Source: Bdellovibrionales bacterium CG10_big_fil_rev_8_21_14_0_10_45_34
GTDB lineage: Bacteria; Bdellovibrionota; Bdellovibrionia; Bdellovibrionales; 1-14-0-10-45-34
Assembly: GCA_002778785.1 (NCBI GenBank)
Contig: PEZS01000001.1
Coordinates: 124,232 to 188,231 of the forward strand
Direction of reading: 5' to 3'
DNA length: 64,000 nt
The position numbers were made by a program, and so were the translations under genes. Within the stretch, counting starts at the first letter, position 1. Every line of letters starts with the position of its first letter. Shown in pieces: positions 1 to 9,503 of this stretch. The notes beneath the pieces were generated by a model. It worked only from the letters and a program-made list of their open reading frames with translations, was not told where the DNA came from and made no database searches.

Positions 1-602
1 GTCATTTCGTGTGTGACAAGGAGACAAGGCAACTCTTGGTCCCTCACACATTGAAAAACAAAAGCTCGAAACTCTAATCGAAGCAAGGGATCGAGCTTTG
101 CAAAGGGTTCATCCAGCAACAACGCTCGCGGATTGCTGAGCAGTGTTCGAAGAAGACTCACGCGTGATCGTTGCCCACCAGACAGAGAGGTGGGCCGTCG
201 ATCGACATACCCTTCAAGGTCAGCCTTCTTCAGCATTTCGCGTACCCGATGCAGACGAGTTGCACGCGGTTCGTGTCCTTGCATTCCAAATAGCAGATTT
301 TCGCCAACCGACATATTTGGAAATAAAAGATCGTCTTGAAACATGAGTCCGAGCTTTCGCTCTTGAGGTGACTGCTTATCCAGTCGAATGCGGGTCTCGT
401 CATCCTTACCTATCCAGATTTCCCCAGAAGCGCTAAACTTTGGATCTAAAACTCCCGCGCAATAGCTGAGAAGGCTGCTTTTGCCTGAACCGCTGGGACC
501 TAAAACGCCCAACACTTCACCGTTAGCTATTGTAAGTCTTTCGATCTGAACCAAAATCCGCAGTGGACTTGCGATCGATATATTCTTTAGAATCATCGGC
601 AT
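1..602 (-). CDS. ABC transporter ATP-binding subunit (3' end runs off the window; absent from the ORF track)
   Basis: Own translation of the minus strand from ATG at 602 gives MPMILKNISI. It contains GVLGPSGSGKSSLL (Walker A), LSGGQRSRV (ABC signature), LLLDEPF (Walker B) and LVTHE (H-loop). The start overlaps the stop of the upstream permease by 10 nt. Confidence 0.9.
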   Translation of the reverse strand, partial: MPMILKNISIASPLRILVQIERLTIANGEVLGVLGPSGSGKSSLLSYCAGVLDPKFSASGEIWIGKDDETRIRLDKQSPQERKLGLMFQDDLLFPNMSVGENLLFGMQGHEPRATRLHRVREMLKKADLEGYVDRRPTSLSGGQRSRVSLLRTLLSNPRALLLDEPFAKLDPLLRLEFRAFVFQCVRDQELPCLLVTHEM

Positions 603-2239
603 GTCGATCCCTCCGGCCTTTGAGAAAATAGCGAGCAAAATAGAAATACTGCTGCGGGGAGCATGGCATTGGCTAAACCATAAACCGCAACCCAACGCCG
701 GTTTCCACTGCTGAGCGATGCGACAGTCTCGGTGGCCAAGGTCGTCCAATCTCCACCACCGAGCATGATTGTCGGTAAAAATTGCGAGACACTCACTGCA
801 AAGCCCACAGCAAACGCCGCAGCGATGGAACCTTTCAGCAACGGTACGCGGATTTTCAATAAAAATACGGTTTTACTTTTACCTAGGGACGCAGCCACCA
901 GAGCAAGCCTCGGATCCACTTGATGAAAAGCCTGCTGGAGTACCAGAAATACATAGGGAAAGACAAAAAGCATATGGCCCAGAAATACCGCAATGGAGGG
1001 ATGATAGATTCCAACACGCGAAAGCATCGAGTCTAACCCAATGACAGCGATTAAAGCCGGGAAGACAAGCATAAGAAAAACTGCGGTCGTCGCGATCTTG
1101 GTGTGTGCTCGAGAATCAAATTCAATCCAAAGAAGAACAGTAGCAATCGACGCAAGAGCAGAGCTGACGGCAAGTCCTAAAGTCTGAATCAAAGTGCCTC
1201 TCATGCTGGAAACTCCCTCACGCGCAAACTCCAAGGTCCAAGCAGGAGGTATCGGCTGATCAATCGTCCAGCTGTCTCCAAAAACCCAAAGCACCAAGGC
1301 CACGACAGACAGGATCAACGTAAATAAAATAAATAAAAGCATGGGTGACAGCGGAAGTGGGCGCTTTCCAATTTTGCCTTTACTCAAGAGCCAGCTTTTG
1401 AACCGGCCTAAACTCCAAAGCGCCCCTTCCCATCCGAAAACTCCGAGAGCGACCAAAGCTAACAACATCAGTGCTCCGCCAGACACTAAAGCCTGCGTCG
1501 ACTCTCCGGGGTCCTTGATCCAATCCCACAATACGAGCGCGAATACAGGGGGGTTCGTAGGGCCAAGGACCACCGCGACATCAACGACACAGATTGAATA
1601 CCCTAGGACAGCCCAAATTGCGTATCGCAGTCCATGCAGCACCTGCGGCCATTCGACCCACCACCAACTCGTCCAATTTGATCGGCCCAAACTATTGACG
1701 ATCTTTCTTGATGCTCCCACTGAATCTACCAGCGGAAGTCCCACATAAATTAAAAACAGAGACTCCTTCATGCCAAGAAAAAGACTTAACGTCCATGCTC
1801 CGACATCATGATCCAATTGAAAGGCATACTCTCTGCCGGGAAACAGGGAGCCCAAAACACGCACGAGCCAACCGCTATCTCCCACAAGTAGTAATAGCCC
1901 TGTTGCGAGTGAAAGGTGAGGAATGGAAATCAACGTTCCCAAAGCCCCAGTCGTCCACCAAGAATGTTGAGATCGAGATTTCGCGAGCCGAAACCAGCCC
2001 AGTGCCATACCAGTCAATAGGATTGCGAGCGCCGTACTGACCCAACCAACTTTCAACGTCAGGACCGCAGCGCCCATCGTGTAATTTGAAAAGAGGTCAG
2101 CCAGAGCACCTGTTCCGGAGGACGACGGCGATCCTAGAAATGCTCCAAGCATGCTGAACGCAGCAGGAATAAAAAACAGAATCAGAACAAAAATCCTCGA
2201 GACCCAAATCAACCCGCGACTCCGTATCGTCTTTGCCAT
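593..2239 (-). CDS. ABC transporter permease, fused two-domain type (ThiP/YnjC/FbpB-like size)
   Basis: 548-aa ORF, hydrophobic throughout with about 12 TM-like segments. It is sandwiched with overlapping ends between a binding-protein gene and the ATPase gene. Confidence 0.8.
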   Translation of the reverse strand: MAKTIRSRGLIWVSRIFVLILFFIPAAFSMLGAFLGSPSSSGTGALADLFSNYTMGAAVLTLKVGWVSTALAILLTGMALGWFRLAKSRSQHSWWTTGALGTLISIPHLSLATGLLLLVGDSGWLVRVLGSLFPGREYAFQLDHDVGAWTLSLFLGMKESLFLIYVGLPLVDSVGASRKIVNSLGRSNWTSWWWVEWPQVLHGLRYAIWAVLGYSICVVDVAVVLGPTNPPVFALVLWDWIKDPGESTQALVSGGALMLLALVALGVFGWEGALWSLGRFKSWLLSKGKIGKRPLPLSPMLLFILFTLILSVVALVLWVFGDSWTIDQPIPPAWTLEFAREGVSSMRGTLIQTLGLAVSSALASIATVLLWIEFDSRAHTKIATTAVFLMLVFPALIAVIGLDSMLSRVGIYHPSIAVFLGHMLFVFPYVFLVLQQAFHQVDPRLALVAASLGKSKTVFLLKIRVPLLKGSIAAAFAVGFAVSVSQFLPTIMLGGGDWTTLATETVASLSSGNRRWVAVYGLANAMLPAAVFLFCSLFSQRPEGSTCR

Positions 2240-3390
2240 TCGCGTTCAATATACTCCATCCAGCAGGCATGAGGTTCGTTTTGCGCGGGGCCACGCAAAG
2301 ACAAAGCCGGAAGTTTTATGCCCTGAGGTACTTTTGCAGAGTCCAACACTGTAGGGTCGCCCCAATTTGCCACGTCAGCCTTTCGAACCTGTGCTTCTGG
2401 CGAAGTCAGATGGTTGATCCACTGAAGCGCAGCCTGCTGCTTTTGCGAGTTAAATGGTATCGCTAAAAAATGAACATTAGCGATACCACCTTTTTTAAAA
2501 GTCGTCGCATAGGCGCCCGCGGGAAGTTCTTTTTTCAGAATCAATCCATCCACTTCAAGAGGATTGAAGCTCATTGACATCAGAAGCTGCTGGTCCATCA
2601 GCATTTGATGTAAAACTTGAGTGGAAGCGGGGAAGGTCTGAGCCTTCCGCCAAAGAAAGGGGTGCAGCTCGTCCAGAAATTTCCACAAAGGGGCGGAAGC
2701 ACTCGACGTGGTATCCGGAGTACACGCCTTTTGGAGGTTGCTGGATGTAGAAAGCTCCAAGAGGAGCTGCTTTAGAAATGTTGTGCCATGAAATTGCGGG
2801 GGCCTGACATAGGTGATTCGACCAGGGTTGGCCTTTGCATATGCCAAAAGCTCTGTCGCCGTCTGCGGCGCCAGAGGCGTTCGCTTGCGATCCCAGATAA
2901 ACACGAATTGGGCGCGTCCCCAGGGAACTTCAAATCCTTCGGTGACGGTAGAGAAATCGTTCAAAAACTGCGGGTCAGTCAAATTCATGTACTTTCGATT
3001 TTCAATCTTGGAGAGGAGCGGACCTGCCAGCAGGCCACTCTTTTTCATGGTCGCAAAATTTTCGCCGTTGAGCCAAACAACATCAATAGTACCCTTCGTC
3101 AGATTGCCTGAAGCTTTGTCCGACTGCACCTTTTTGATAACTGGCGGTAAGTCGTCAATCTTGATGTGCTGGACTTCAATACCCATCAATTTTTTAAAAG
3201 CTTCCGCTTCCGCTGCAATGTAGCGATTGATGCGCGGATCGCCACCCCATGCATGGAACTGAATCTTGACTGCGTCAGCTTCGAGTTGGTGGTTTATAAA
3301 AAACAAGGCCATAAGGACAAAAGTAAAGATACGAAGCACTCTCATAATTAACCCTTCACTGCGGCGACCTTGCTCTCTGGAGCAATTCAT
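2209..3390 (-). CDS. ABC transporter periplasmic substrate-binding protein (YnjB/ThiB-like class, tentative)
   Basis: 393-aa ORF with a signal-like segment MRVLRIFTFVLMALFFINHQLEADA. The ATG at 3390 gives a 4-nt overlap with the upstream stop (alternative start 3345). It lies directly upstream of the permease and ATPase. Confidence 0.65.
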   Translation of the reverse strand: MNCSREQGRRSEGLIMRVLRIFTFVLMALFFINHQLEADAVKIQFHAWGGDPRINRYIAAEAEAFKKLMGIEVQHIKIDDLPPVIKKVQSDKASGNLTKGTIDVVWLNGENFATMKKSGLLAGPLLSKIENRKYMNLTDPQFLNDFSTVTEGFEVPWGRAQFVFIWDRKRTPLAPQTATELLAYAKANPGRITYVRPPQFHGTTFLKQLLLELSTSSNLQKACTPDTTSSASAPLWKFLDELHPFLWRKAQTFPASTQVLHQMLMDQQLLMSMSFNPLEVDGLILKKELPAGAYATTFKKGGIANVHFLAIPFNSQKQQAALQWINHLTSPEAQVRKADVANWGDPTVLDSAKVPQGIKLPALSLRGPAQNEPHACWMEYIEREWQRRYGVAG

Positions 3391-4508
3391 TTCAATCTCG
3401 AAACCAGGACGTCAATAAAAGTTCTGTCCACACGCTCACAATATCTATCGGTTCCCGTACTCTGCGTGGAATTAAACTGTGCCTCCAAGAAGAGTTTGGT
3501 TCTGAACGGAACCCTCGGAAAAGTATCGTCTGACCTCTTCACAAGTTTTGTCCTGATATTGTCACTACAGGAAAAAAATTGCGGATGACTGATGTATCCA
3601 ACAAGAAGCGTGTCGAAAGGGATAAAACCGTCGAGTCCGGTAAAGAGTTTCCAAAGACGAATCCATGTTTTACTTTTTTGGAAAAGCCAAGGGCCCGCAA
3701 AGTGACCTGTTCGTAGGTTCGCCAAGATCGTGTCATTTATCAAACTTTCTCGCATCGCCTCGGTCGGAATCATTGTTATTGGAATTTTCTGCTCTAAAAT
3801 AAATCGGACCGACTCAACATCGTTATCAATATTTGTATCGGGTAAAATAACATTGTGAGGTCCAAGTCGCACGGGACTATTTGGTTTTCTCCCAGCCATT
3901 ACCACTAGCTCTTCGATCTGTGGCCGAAGGCTCGGATTAAGTCGAATGGCAGTTGCGATGTTTGTGAGCGGACCCAATGCCAAAATCCGTAACCTCTCGC
4001 GAGACAATGCGGAACTCAAAGCATCCGATGCTTCCGTTGCCGTTCCAAATTGTTTCGGCGATCCCGCACCCTTCCATACCCTAAAAGTCATTGGAGAAAA
4101 TCGACGAATGATGTCCATTGCGATCTGGTATTGCTTGCTGATATTTGCAATATTGCCATGAACAAGACTCACTCCAACGATCGATATTTCTGGCGACCTC
4201 ATTGCTTGAATCAGAGCGTATCCATCGTCGACATCTTTTCCCGGTTCTCCGATGGAAAGATCAGAGTCGATCCAAATCCGCGTTTCTGAGTACGCAATAC
4301 TGACAAAAAGCTGCGGGAGTAGCACAAAACAGAGTGTCCAAAGTGCAATAGATTTACGACTCAAAATTCCCCCTACATAATTTAGTCCATTTGCTTGTCC
4401 AATTATATTAATCTTGGCGAGACAAAACGACCAAGAAATTTCTTTCCTCGATTCCGAAAACGCCCACGAAATAAAAACGATCAGAATGAAACCGACCAGT
4501 CCAATCAT
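3387..4508 (-). CDS. Inosine/uridine-preferring nucleoside hydrolase family protein with N-terminal membrane/export segment
   Basis: IWIDSDLSIGEPGKDVDDGYAL is the IUNH Asp cluster with an insertion. ILALGPLTNIATAI, LVVMAG and DTNIDNDVESV are also present. About 70 aa with two hydrophobic stretches precede the catalytic domain. Confidence 0.8.
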   Translation of the reverse strand: MIGLVGFILIVFISWAFSESRKEISWSFCLAKINIIGQANGLNYVGGILSRKSIALWTLCFVLLPQLFVSIAYSETRIWIDSDLSIGEPGKDVDDGYALIQAMRSPEISIVGVSLVHGNIANISKQYQIAMDIIRRFSPMTFRVWKGAGSPKQFGTATEASDALSSALSRERLRILALGPLTNIATAIRLNPSLRPQIEELVVMAGRKPNSPVRLGPHNVILPDTNIDNDVESVRFILEQKIPITMIPTEAMRESLINDTILANLRTGHFAGPWLFQKSKTWIRLWKLFTGLDGFIPFDTLLVGYISHPQFFSCSDNIRTKLVKRSDDTFPRVPFRTKLFLEAQFNSTQSTGTDRYCERVDRTFIDVLVSRLK

Positions 4509-5107
4509 TGTTTTAACTCCTTAAAGGCCAAAGCGACTCGAGCTATGACCGTAAAGATAAGAATCGCTATCCATACCTTCACCGAAGTTCCGATGTACTG
4601 CGGTGCCAAGAGAAAAATTGAATAGGCGATTCCTGTTTCTCCACCCTCAGCGAGCCCAGCCCCAAGTTTTAGACCACGATTGTCGTTTTCGGTGAGTCCA
4701 AGTTCCTTTTCCAACGAGCCAAGTGCAAGAGCACCTGTAATACAAAGAACATACAATCCCATGACCAGGATCCACTCTCCGTGCAAATTAGGAAAGGCGA
4801 TCGAAAAGCCAAAAATCATTGCCGAGTAGGAAGCCATATCACATACGATGTCGAGAAATGCACCCAGAGGAGTTGCCTGCTGGGTCGCACGAGCATAGAT
4901 ACCGTCTGTACCATCTAGTAAGCGACTTAACCACCAGCCGATAAGGGCCGACGTGAACTCGCCTCTAGAAATTAGCCAGGCCGAAACAAGAGCGATGCTC
5001 AATGATCCGACCGAAATCATATTTGGCGTAAGCCCAAGAAAGGAGTAAAATCGTATTAGCTTTGTCGTATAAGCTGGCAGACCGGCGCGAAACCAGTTGT
5101 CTATCAT
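4505..5107 (-). CDS. CDP-alcohol phosphatidyltransferase family protein (YnjF-like size)
   Basis: 200-aa polytopic ORF. DGTDGIYARATQQATPLGAFLDIVCD matches D-G-x2-A-R-x8-G-x3-D-x3-D. Confidence 0.85.
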   Translation of the reverse strand: MIDNWFRAGLPAYTTKLIRFYSFLGLTPNMISVGSLSIALVSAWLISRGEFTSALIGWWLSRLLDGTDGIYARATQQATPLGAFLDIVCDMASYSAMIFGFSIAFPNLHGEWILVMGLYVLCITGALALGSLEKELGLTENDNRGLKLGAGLAEGGETGIAYSIFLLAPQYIGTSVKVWIAILIFTVIARVALAFKELKQ

Positions 5108-6234
5108 TTGATGTCCTTTTCTAAATTGAACGATTTCATGTAGCTGTTGTCTATATAGTTCTTGAGGAGAAGTGCCATTTTTCCGGCGATAAAGTGTTTC
5201 CCAAAGATAGCGTGTGCGGAGCTTGGTCCACTCAGTAAAATATTGAGTTGAGCTTTCGGTGGTACATAGGGTTTAAGATCGGATATCGCGCCCAATCCGT
5301 GTCTCAAATTGAACGCCATAAGGCGCCCCTGCTGTACAGCAGTGACTCCCGAACGAGGCAAGAACTTGCTCGGCTCGAAGGTCGTGCAATCGCCTGCAGC
5401 GAAAACGTTAGAATGAGCTCTCAGGAAACTGTCCACCACTACAAACCCAGAAGAGTCCCGTTGGATGTTAGAGATGTCGATGGATGGTGGTGATTTCATG
5501 GGCAGAATGGGAAAGAGAAAGTCATAACGAAATGCAGATTTTTCGCCTTGAAAAATGAGGTGACGATCCTTTGTTTCAACCACATCGTGATCGAAATGAA
5601 CTTCGACTCCTGCCTGTTGTAATGAGCGCAATAGCGAAAGAGATACTTTTGATTCGTAGTTTTTGGCGAGGGCCATGTCGCGAGTAAAGAGATGCACGCG
5701 ACTTCGATTCGCGCCATTCTTCTTCAAACGTAGGTTGAGGGCCGTGGCTACTTCAATTGAAGCAGCTCCACCACCAACCACTGCGAATAAGAGCTCTCGA
5801 CACGAAGAACATTCCCTTTGTACCTCTCGCCACTTTTCAACAAATGAAGTGATAGGTTTTACGTAAACGGATCTCACTTCTGATTCTGGATCCGTCGACA
5901 GTTTTGTCGGGACTCCCCCTACATTGAGAAACAGATAGTCGAACTCAAATGTAGTCCCGTCGCTAGCCAAAAGAATTTTCTTATCAGGGTCAATTTTTAG
6001 AACCATTGCTTGGACAAATGTAATCTTATTTAGTTTGCAGAGTCTCTCTAAGTCTATCGCTAAATCTTTGCTCTGAAGCTCGCCCAAAATAAATCGTGGA
6101 AGTAAGCCTGAATAAAAAGTGTTCTTTTCCGGAGAGATGAGAGTATAAGTGGCGTCGCGTCCATGTTGTGTGGACAGAGATTTAATGACCTCAAGATTAG
6201 CGTGTCCTGCCCCGACAAAAATTATCTTTTTCAT
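5104..6234 (-). CDS. FAD/NAD(P)-dependent pyridine nucleotide-disulfide oxidoreductase family protein
   Basis: Start placed at ATG 6234 (MKKIIFVGAGHANLEV, Rossmann fold at the N-terminus). The longest-ORF start at 6309 would overlap the rhodanese gene by 62 nt. A second dinucleotide fold FAVVGGGAASIEVA and a C-terminal FAAGDCT motif are typical of Ndh/SQR-like enzymes. Confidence 0.75.
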   Translation of the reverse strand: MKKIIFVGAGHANLEVIKSLSTQHGRDATYTLISPEKNTFYSGLLPRFILGELQSKDLAIDLERLCKLNKITFVQAMVLKIDPDKKILLASDGTTFEFDYLFLNVGGVPTKLSTDPESEVRSVYVKPITSFVEKWREVQRECSSCRELLFAVVGGGAASIEVATALNLRLKKNGANRSRVHLFTRDMALAKNYESKVSLSLLRSLQQAGVEVHFDHDVVETKDRHLIFQGEKSAFRYDFLFPILPMKSPPSIDISNIQRDSSGFVVVDSFLRAHSNVFAAGDCTTFEPSKFLPRSGVTAVQQGRLMAFNLRHGLGAISDLKPYVPPKAQLNILLSGPSSAHAIFGKHFIAGKMALLLKNYIDNSYMKSFNLEKDIK

Positions 6235-6247
6235 AAAGTGCCCCAGT

Positions 6248-6799
6248 CTACCATATTGCTTTCCAATCGTGAGGAAGGAGATTCCACTCTGCCCCATAAA
6301 TATGGGCAACTTTTACTGGCTTTCCTTGAGACCAAAGCTGCTTTCCGGAATGAGCCCAAAGCAAAATTCCGCCCCTTAAACTAAATGCATTAAATCCCTT
6401 TCGACGGAGATCGATAGCTGCTAACCCACTACGATAGCCGATAGTGCAGTAAACAATTATTTCATTGTTTTTATATTTTTCGGATTGTTGCTCGAATTCT
6501 GCCACAGAGATCGAGTTTTCTATTCTGGAAGTATCCATTTCTTTCTCAGTTCGGACATCCAAAATTGTGACTTTTGTAGAAATCAAGTTGACCTGATCCG
6601 CCTCCACGCTTGGAATTTCTCCCAACGCCTTCTGATAATCGGACAACATATTATTAATAAGATTTCTTTTTTCGACGTCGGATTGAGGCGTCTGACTAAT
6701 GCCCATGAAATGGCCCAATGAATGACCAAATGTTCTCCACACCACAGTCGCGAAGATCAATAAAACCAAGGAAATCCATATAGCTCTCCTCTTTGTCAT
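6248..6799 (-). CDS. Single-domain rhodanese (sulfurtransferase) with signal anchor
   Basis: N-terminal RRAIWISLVLLIFATVVW, an active-site loop IIVYCTIGYRSG, and C-terminal SLRGGILLW. Confidence 0.8.
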   Translation of the reverse strand: MTKRRAIWISLVLLIFATVVWRTFGHSLGHFMGISQTPQSDVEKRNLINNMLSDYQKALGEIPSVEADQVNLISTKVTILDVRTEKEMDTSRIENSISVAEFEQQSEKYKNNEIIVYCTIGYRSGLAAIDLRRKGFNAFSLRGGILLWAHSGKQLWSQGKPVKVAHIYGAEWNLLPHDWKAIW

Positions 6800-8118
6800 G
6801 CTGAATCCTTCCGAGGCGCCTTGTGATAGCCGATTCCTACTAAATCGATTGAATGCGGAATTCCCGAGATATTTTCATTTGGTAAGGAAATGGCGGCTTC
6901 AGTAGGCGCAAATCCTTGTGTAATCGCGATTTCCATAAGCTTGCTCGTGACAAGAGCCCTGTATCCCGATGATTTGGTGTGCTTCTCCACTTTGGCGCTT
7001 AAATTGACAGCCTCGCCAATAACAGTAATTTCCATGCGGTCTTCGTGGCCAATCACGCCAAAAATCACTTCGCCCAGTGCCACAGCGATTCCAAAATCGA
7101 AGGATCTACCTTCTTTGGACATCTCGGCCCGCCAAATATCAAGACGTCTATAGATACCTTCAAGGGCAAGCATTGCATCTTTTGCGAATGATTGGCTGGT
7201 CGCTACCGCTCCAAAATGGGCTAGGACTCCGTCTCCCATATACTTATCGACGCTGCCGTTATTTTTGAATATTTCGGCAGCGACGATGCGCTGATATTGT
7301 CCCAGGTAACCGACAACTTCTTCTGCAGAAATTTCATAGGAGAGCTTTGAAAAGCCCCGGAGATCAATCATCATCGTTGCTGCCGTACGTTTAGATCCCT
7401 GGCCCGGAGAGATTTCTCGATCATGGCCTGACATTGACTGAAACGCCGCCTTACCCACAAGTCGCTCCATAGTCAAAAATCGAGACGATTGTTCAGCAAA
7501 GTTTGTAAGCAATTTCTTCTTCCTGTAGACGGCTAAAGCGCAAACGAAAGTGACTACTGCTAGGACAAATATTTTTTCTAACTCCGCCCCAACTAGAACT
7601 CGATCTGGAAGCAGGTACTCGGAAAACTTGCGCGTAATTATGATGTCCTTTTGTGAAACGGAATAGACGAGAACAAGCAACCAACAGAAGCTGGAGAGCA
7701 GGCTAACAAAGACTATTTTAATAAAGTTGTACGACAGACAACGCACGCAAATGAGGAAGAAAAAATAGAGGAATGTCGGAGCATGCAAACTAAGAGGCAC
7801 TGGGCGTCCATACTGAATGTGGAAGAGAAAAATGAGCGTAGTGAGCACAAAAACGTCGAGTGCGAGAAATATGTATGACAGGCTCGGGGTAGATTTTCGG
7901 TTCGCAGTGACAAAGTAACGTAACGCAAGCCAAGGTATGTAGAACGAAAGCAGAATTTTTACCGGCTCGAAACAAACTTCCGATGACCTAGAAAATCCTT
8001 TTGGGGTGAGGAGATATAAACACAAAGCTAAAATTGCGAGTGCCAATTGGGCGACCGCTGCAAGTTTCTCAGCCTTCAGCTCTTCTACTATGATAAACCG
8101 TTCTATTTTTGTCTTCAC
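6796..8118 (-). CDS. Membrane-anchored class III adenylate/guanylate cyclase
   Basis: About 6 TM helices are followed by a cyclase homology domain: TMMIDLRGFSKLS, DKYMGDGVLAHFG, VIGEAVNLSAKVE. There are 4-nt overlaps with both neighbours. Confidence 0.85.
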   Translation of the reverse strand: MKTKIERFIIVEELKAEKLAAVAQLALAILALCLYLLTPKGFSRSSEVCFEPVKILLSFYIPWLALRYFVTANRKSTPSLSYIFLALDVFVLTTLIFLFHIQYGRPVPLSLHAPTFLYFFFLICVRCLSYNFIKIVFVSLLSSFCWLLVLVYSVSQKDIIITRKFSEYLLPDRVLVGAELEKIFVLAVVTFVCALAVYRKKKLLTNFAEQSSRFLTMERLVGKAAFQSMSGHDREISPGQGSKRTAATMMIDLRGFSKLSYEISAEEVVGYLGQYQRIVAAEIFKNNGSVDKYMGDGVLAHFGAVATSQSFAKDAMLALEGIYRRLDIWRAEMSKEGRSFDFGIAVALGEVIFGVIGHEDRMEITVIGEAVNLSAKVEKHTKSSGYRALVTSKLMEIAITQGFAPTEAAISLPNENISGIPHSIDLVGIGYHKAPRKDSA

Positions 8119-9503
8119 TGAGCGTCCTCTAAAGATATTGCATGCGGAAATCGCTTCTGTTCGATTCTCTTAGAATACAGCCACCAAACCCAAAATCCGA
8201 AAAATACTGCGTACTCAATTGTTCGAAACCATGGTGCCAATTCTGGCGTCCAGTGCCATGAGTAGGCCGCAACGACAAGGTACGAGAAAACGAGCCACGG
8301 GGTATGCCCTGTGAATATCGATAGTGGAAGAACCCAAAGCACGTACCAAGCATTCACCACAGGAGAAAGTAGTAGAAGAGTTCCGATGAGTCCTAGCGAT
8401 GATTTTGGAATTTCTTTTGGATCCTTGCCGCCTTTGAATTGCCATACGCTGTAGAAGAGGAAAGCGACGCCAAGCGCGACCTTTGTTACAAAACGGTTAT
8501 CCAATGAACTACTCAGATGAACACCGGTCAAACTCAATGATGATATGAGGTAGTCTACGACCACGGTAGCAACCTGAAAAATGCCCGCATTGAATTTCCA
8601 ATATTGCGCAAATGTATGAGTCCCAGAAAATATATCTGGGCTAGTCAGAAGAAAAGGAGCGTAGAGACCAAGCAAAATTGAGAAATAAAGTGCTAGATGA
8701 GATTTCCATTTCTCATCTGAGCGAGCAATCAACGGTACCAACACAATCGGAAACAGCTTTACAGAAGTCGCGAGTGATAGTGCTGCCCAACCTAACTTCA
8801 TCCGCCTGACCCAAAAAAAATACAAGGTTGTTGTCAATAACAACACCACGAGAGCATCGAGGTGAATCGAGTTCGCAATTTCTTTGATCACCAGAGGATT
8901 AAGCAAATAGAGAAAACTCAGACTGGGGCTTTTTCCTGCGGAGATTAGCCATTTGTAAAGTACAAACCAGGTCGCAAGGTCGCAGCCTAGTAAGAATACT
9001 TTCAATGCAATTACTGAGTCTGAAAACAGTAAATGAAGACCGGCAAATGTTAGAACTGCGCCTGGGGGGTATATCGTCTTGATATCACCCCATTGAATAT
9101 TCTGTCGGTACTGCACCGAGAGCCCATCAAGTGCGGGGTCCTCGGGCGCAAAGGTGTAGGGGTTAAAACCGCTTGCCAGTACGCGACCATCCCACAGATA
9201 TCTCCAGAAGTCGTTTTCTAGAATTGGAGGCGAAAAGGAAACAACAACTCGGGAGGCGACCCCAATAAAGATAAGTATCCAGGGAAATTTGTTTCTAGGA
9301 CTCGGAAGCAGCCTCGCAATCCAGAAAAAAACACAGAATTGGACTGAAAACAGAATCGCTAGCCCAACAAACTCGTGAGTCCAATTTCCGACAAAGAAAT
9401 AGCCAAGCGAAGATACAAGTAGGATTATTGGTGCGATGCTTCCAAGCGCCCTATGTTCAAAAATAATTGTTACTCCCTGTAAGAATTTAGGCCTAGCGCC
9501 CAC
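8115..9503 (-). CDS. Polytopic membrane protein, GT-C-type glycosyltransferase-like (DUF2029/GT87/PMT_2-like)
   Basis: 462 aa with at least 10 hydrophobic segments. The loop ENDFWRYLWDGRVLASGFNPYTFAPEDP resembles GT-C mannosyltransferase-type loops. The family call is from memory only. Confidence 0.45.
   Translation of the reverse strand: MGARPKFLQGVTIIFEHRALGSIAPIILLVSSLGYFFVGNWTHEFVGLAILFSVQFCVFFWIARLLPSPRNKFPWILIFIGVASRVVVSFSPPILENDFWRYLWDGRVLASGFNPYTFAPEDPALDGLSVQYRQNIQWGDIKTIYPPGAVLTFAGLHLLFSDSVIALKVFLLGCDLATWFVLYKWLISAGKSPSLSFLYLLNPLVIKEIANSIHLDALVVLLLTTTLYFFWVRRMKLGWAALSLATSVKLFPIVLVPLIARSDEKWKSHLALYFSILLGLYAPFLLTSPDIFSGTHTFAQYWKFNAGIFQVATVVVDYLISSLSLTGVHLSSSLDNRFVTKVALGVAFLFYSVWQFKGGKDPKEIPKSSLGLIGTLLLLSPVVNAWYVLWVLPLSIFTGHTPWLVFSYLVVAAYSWHWTPELAPWFRTIEYAVFFGFWVWWLYSKRIEQKRFPHAISLEDAQ

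Noticed and set aside
6796-8118. The class III cyclase as part of a Pycsar/CBASS-like anti-phage signalling system.
   Set aside because: There is no adjacent cNMP-binding effector. The gene is translationally coupled to envelope and sulfur enzymes rather than forming a two-gene defence module.
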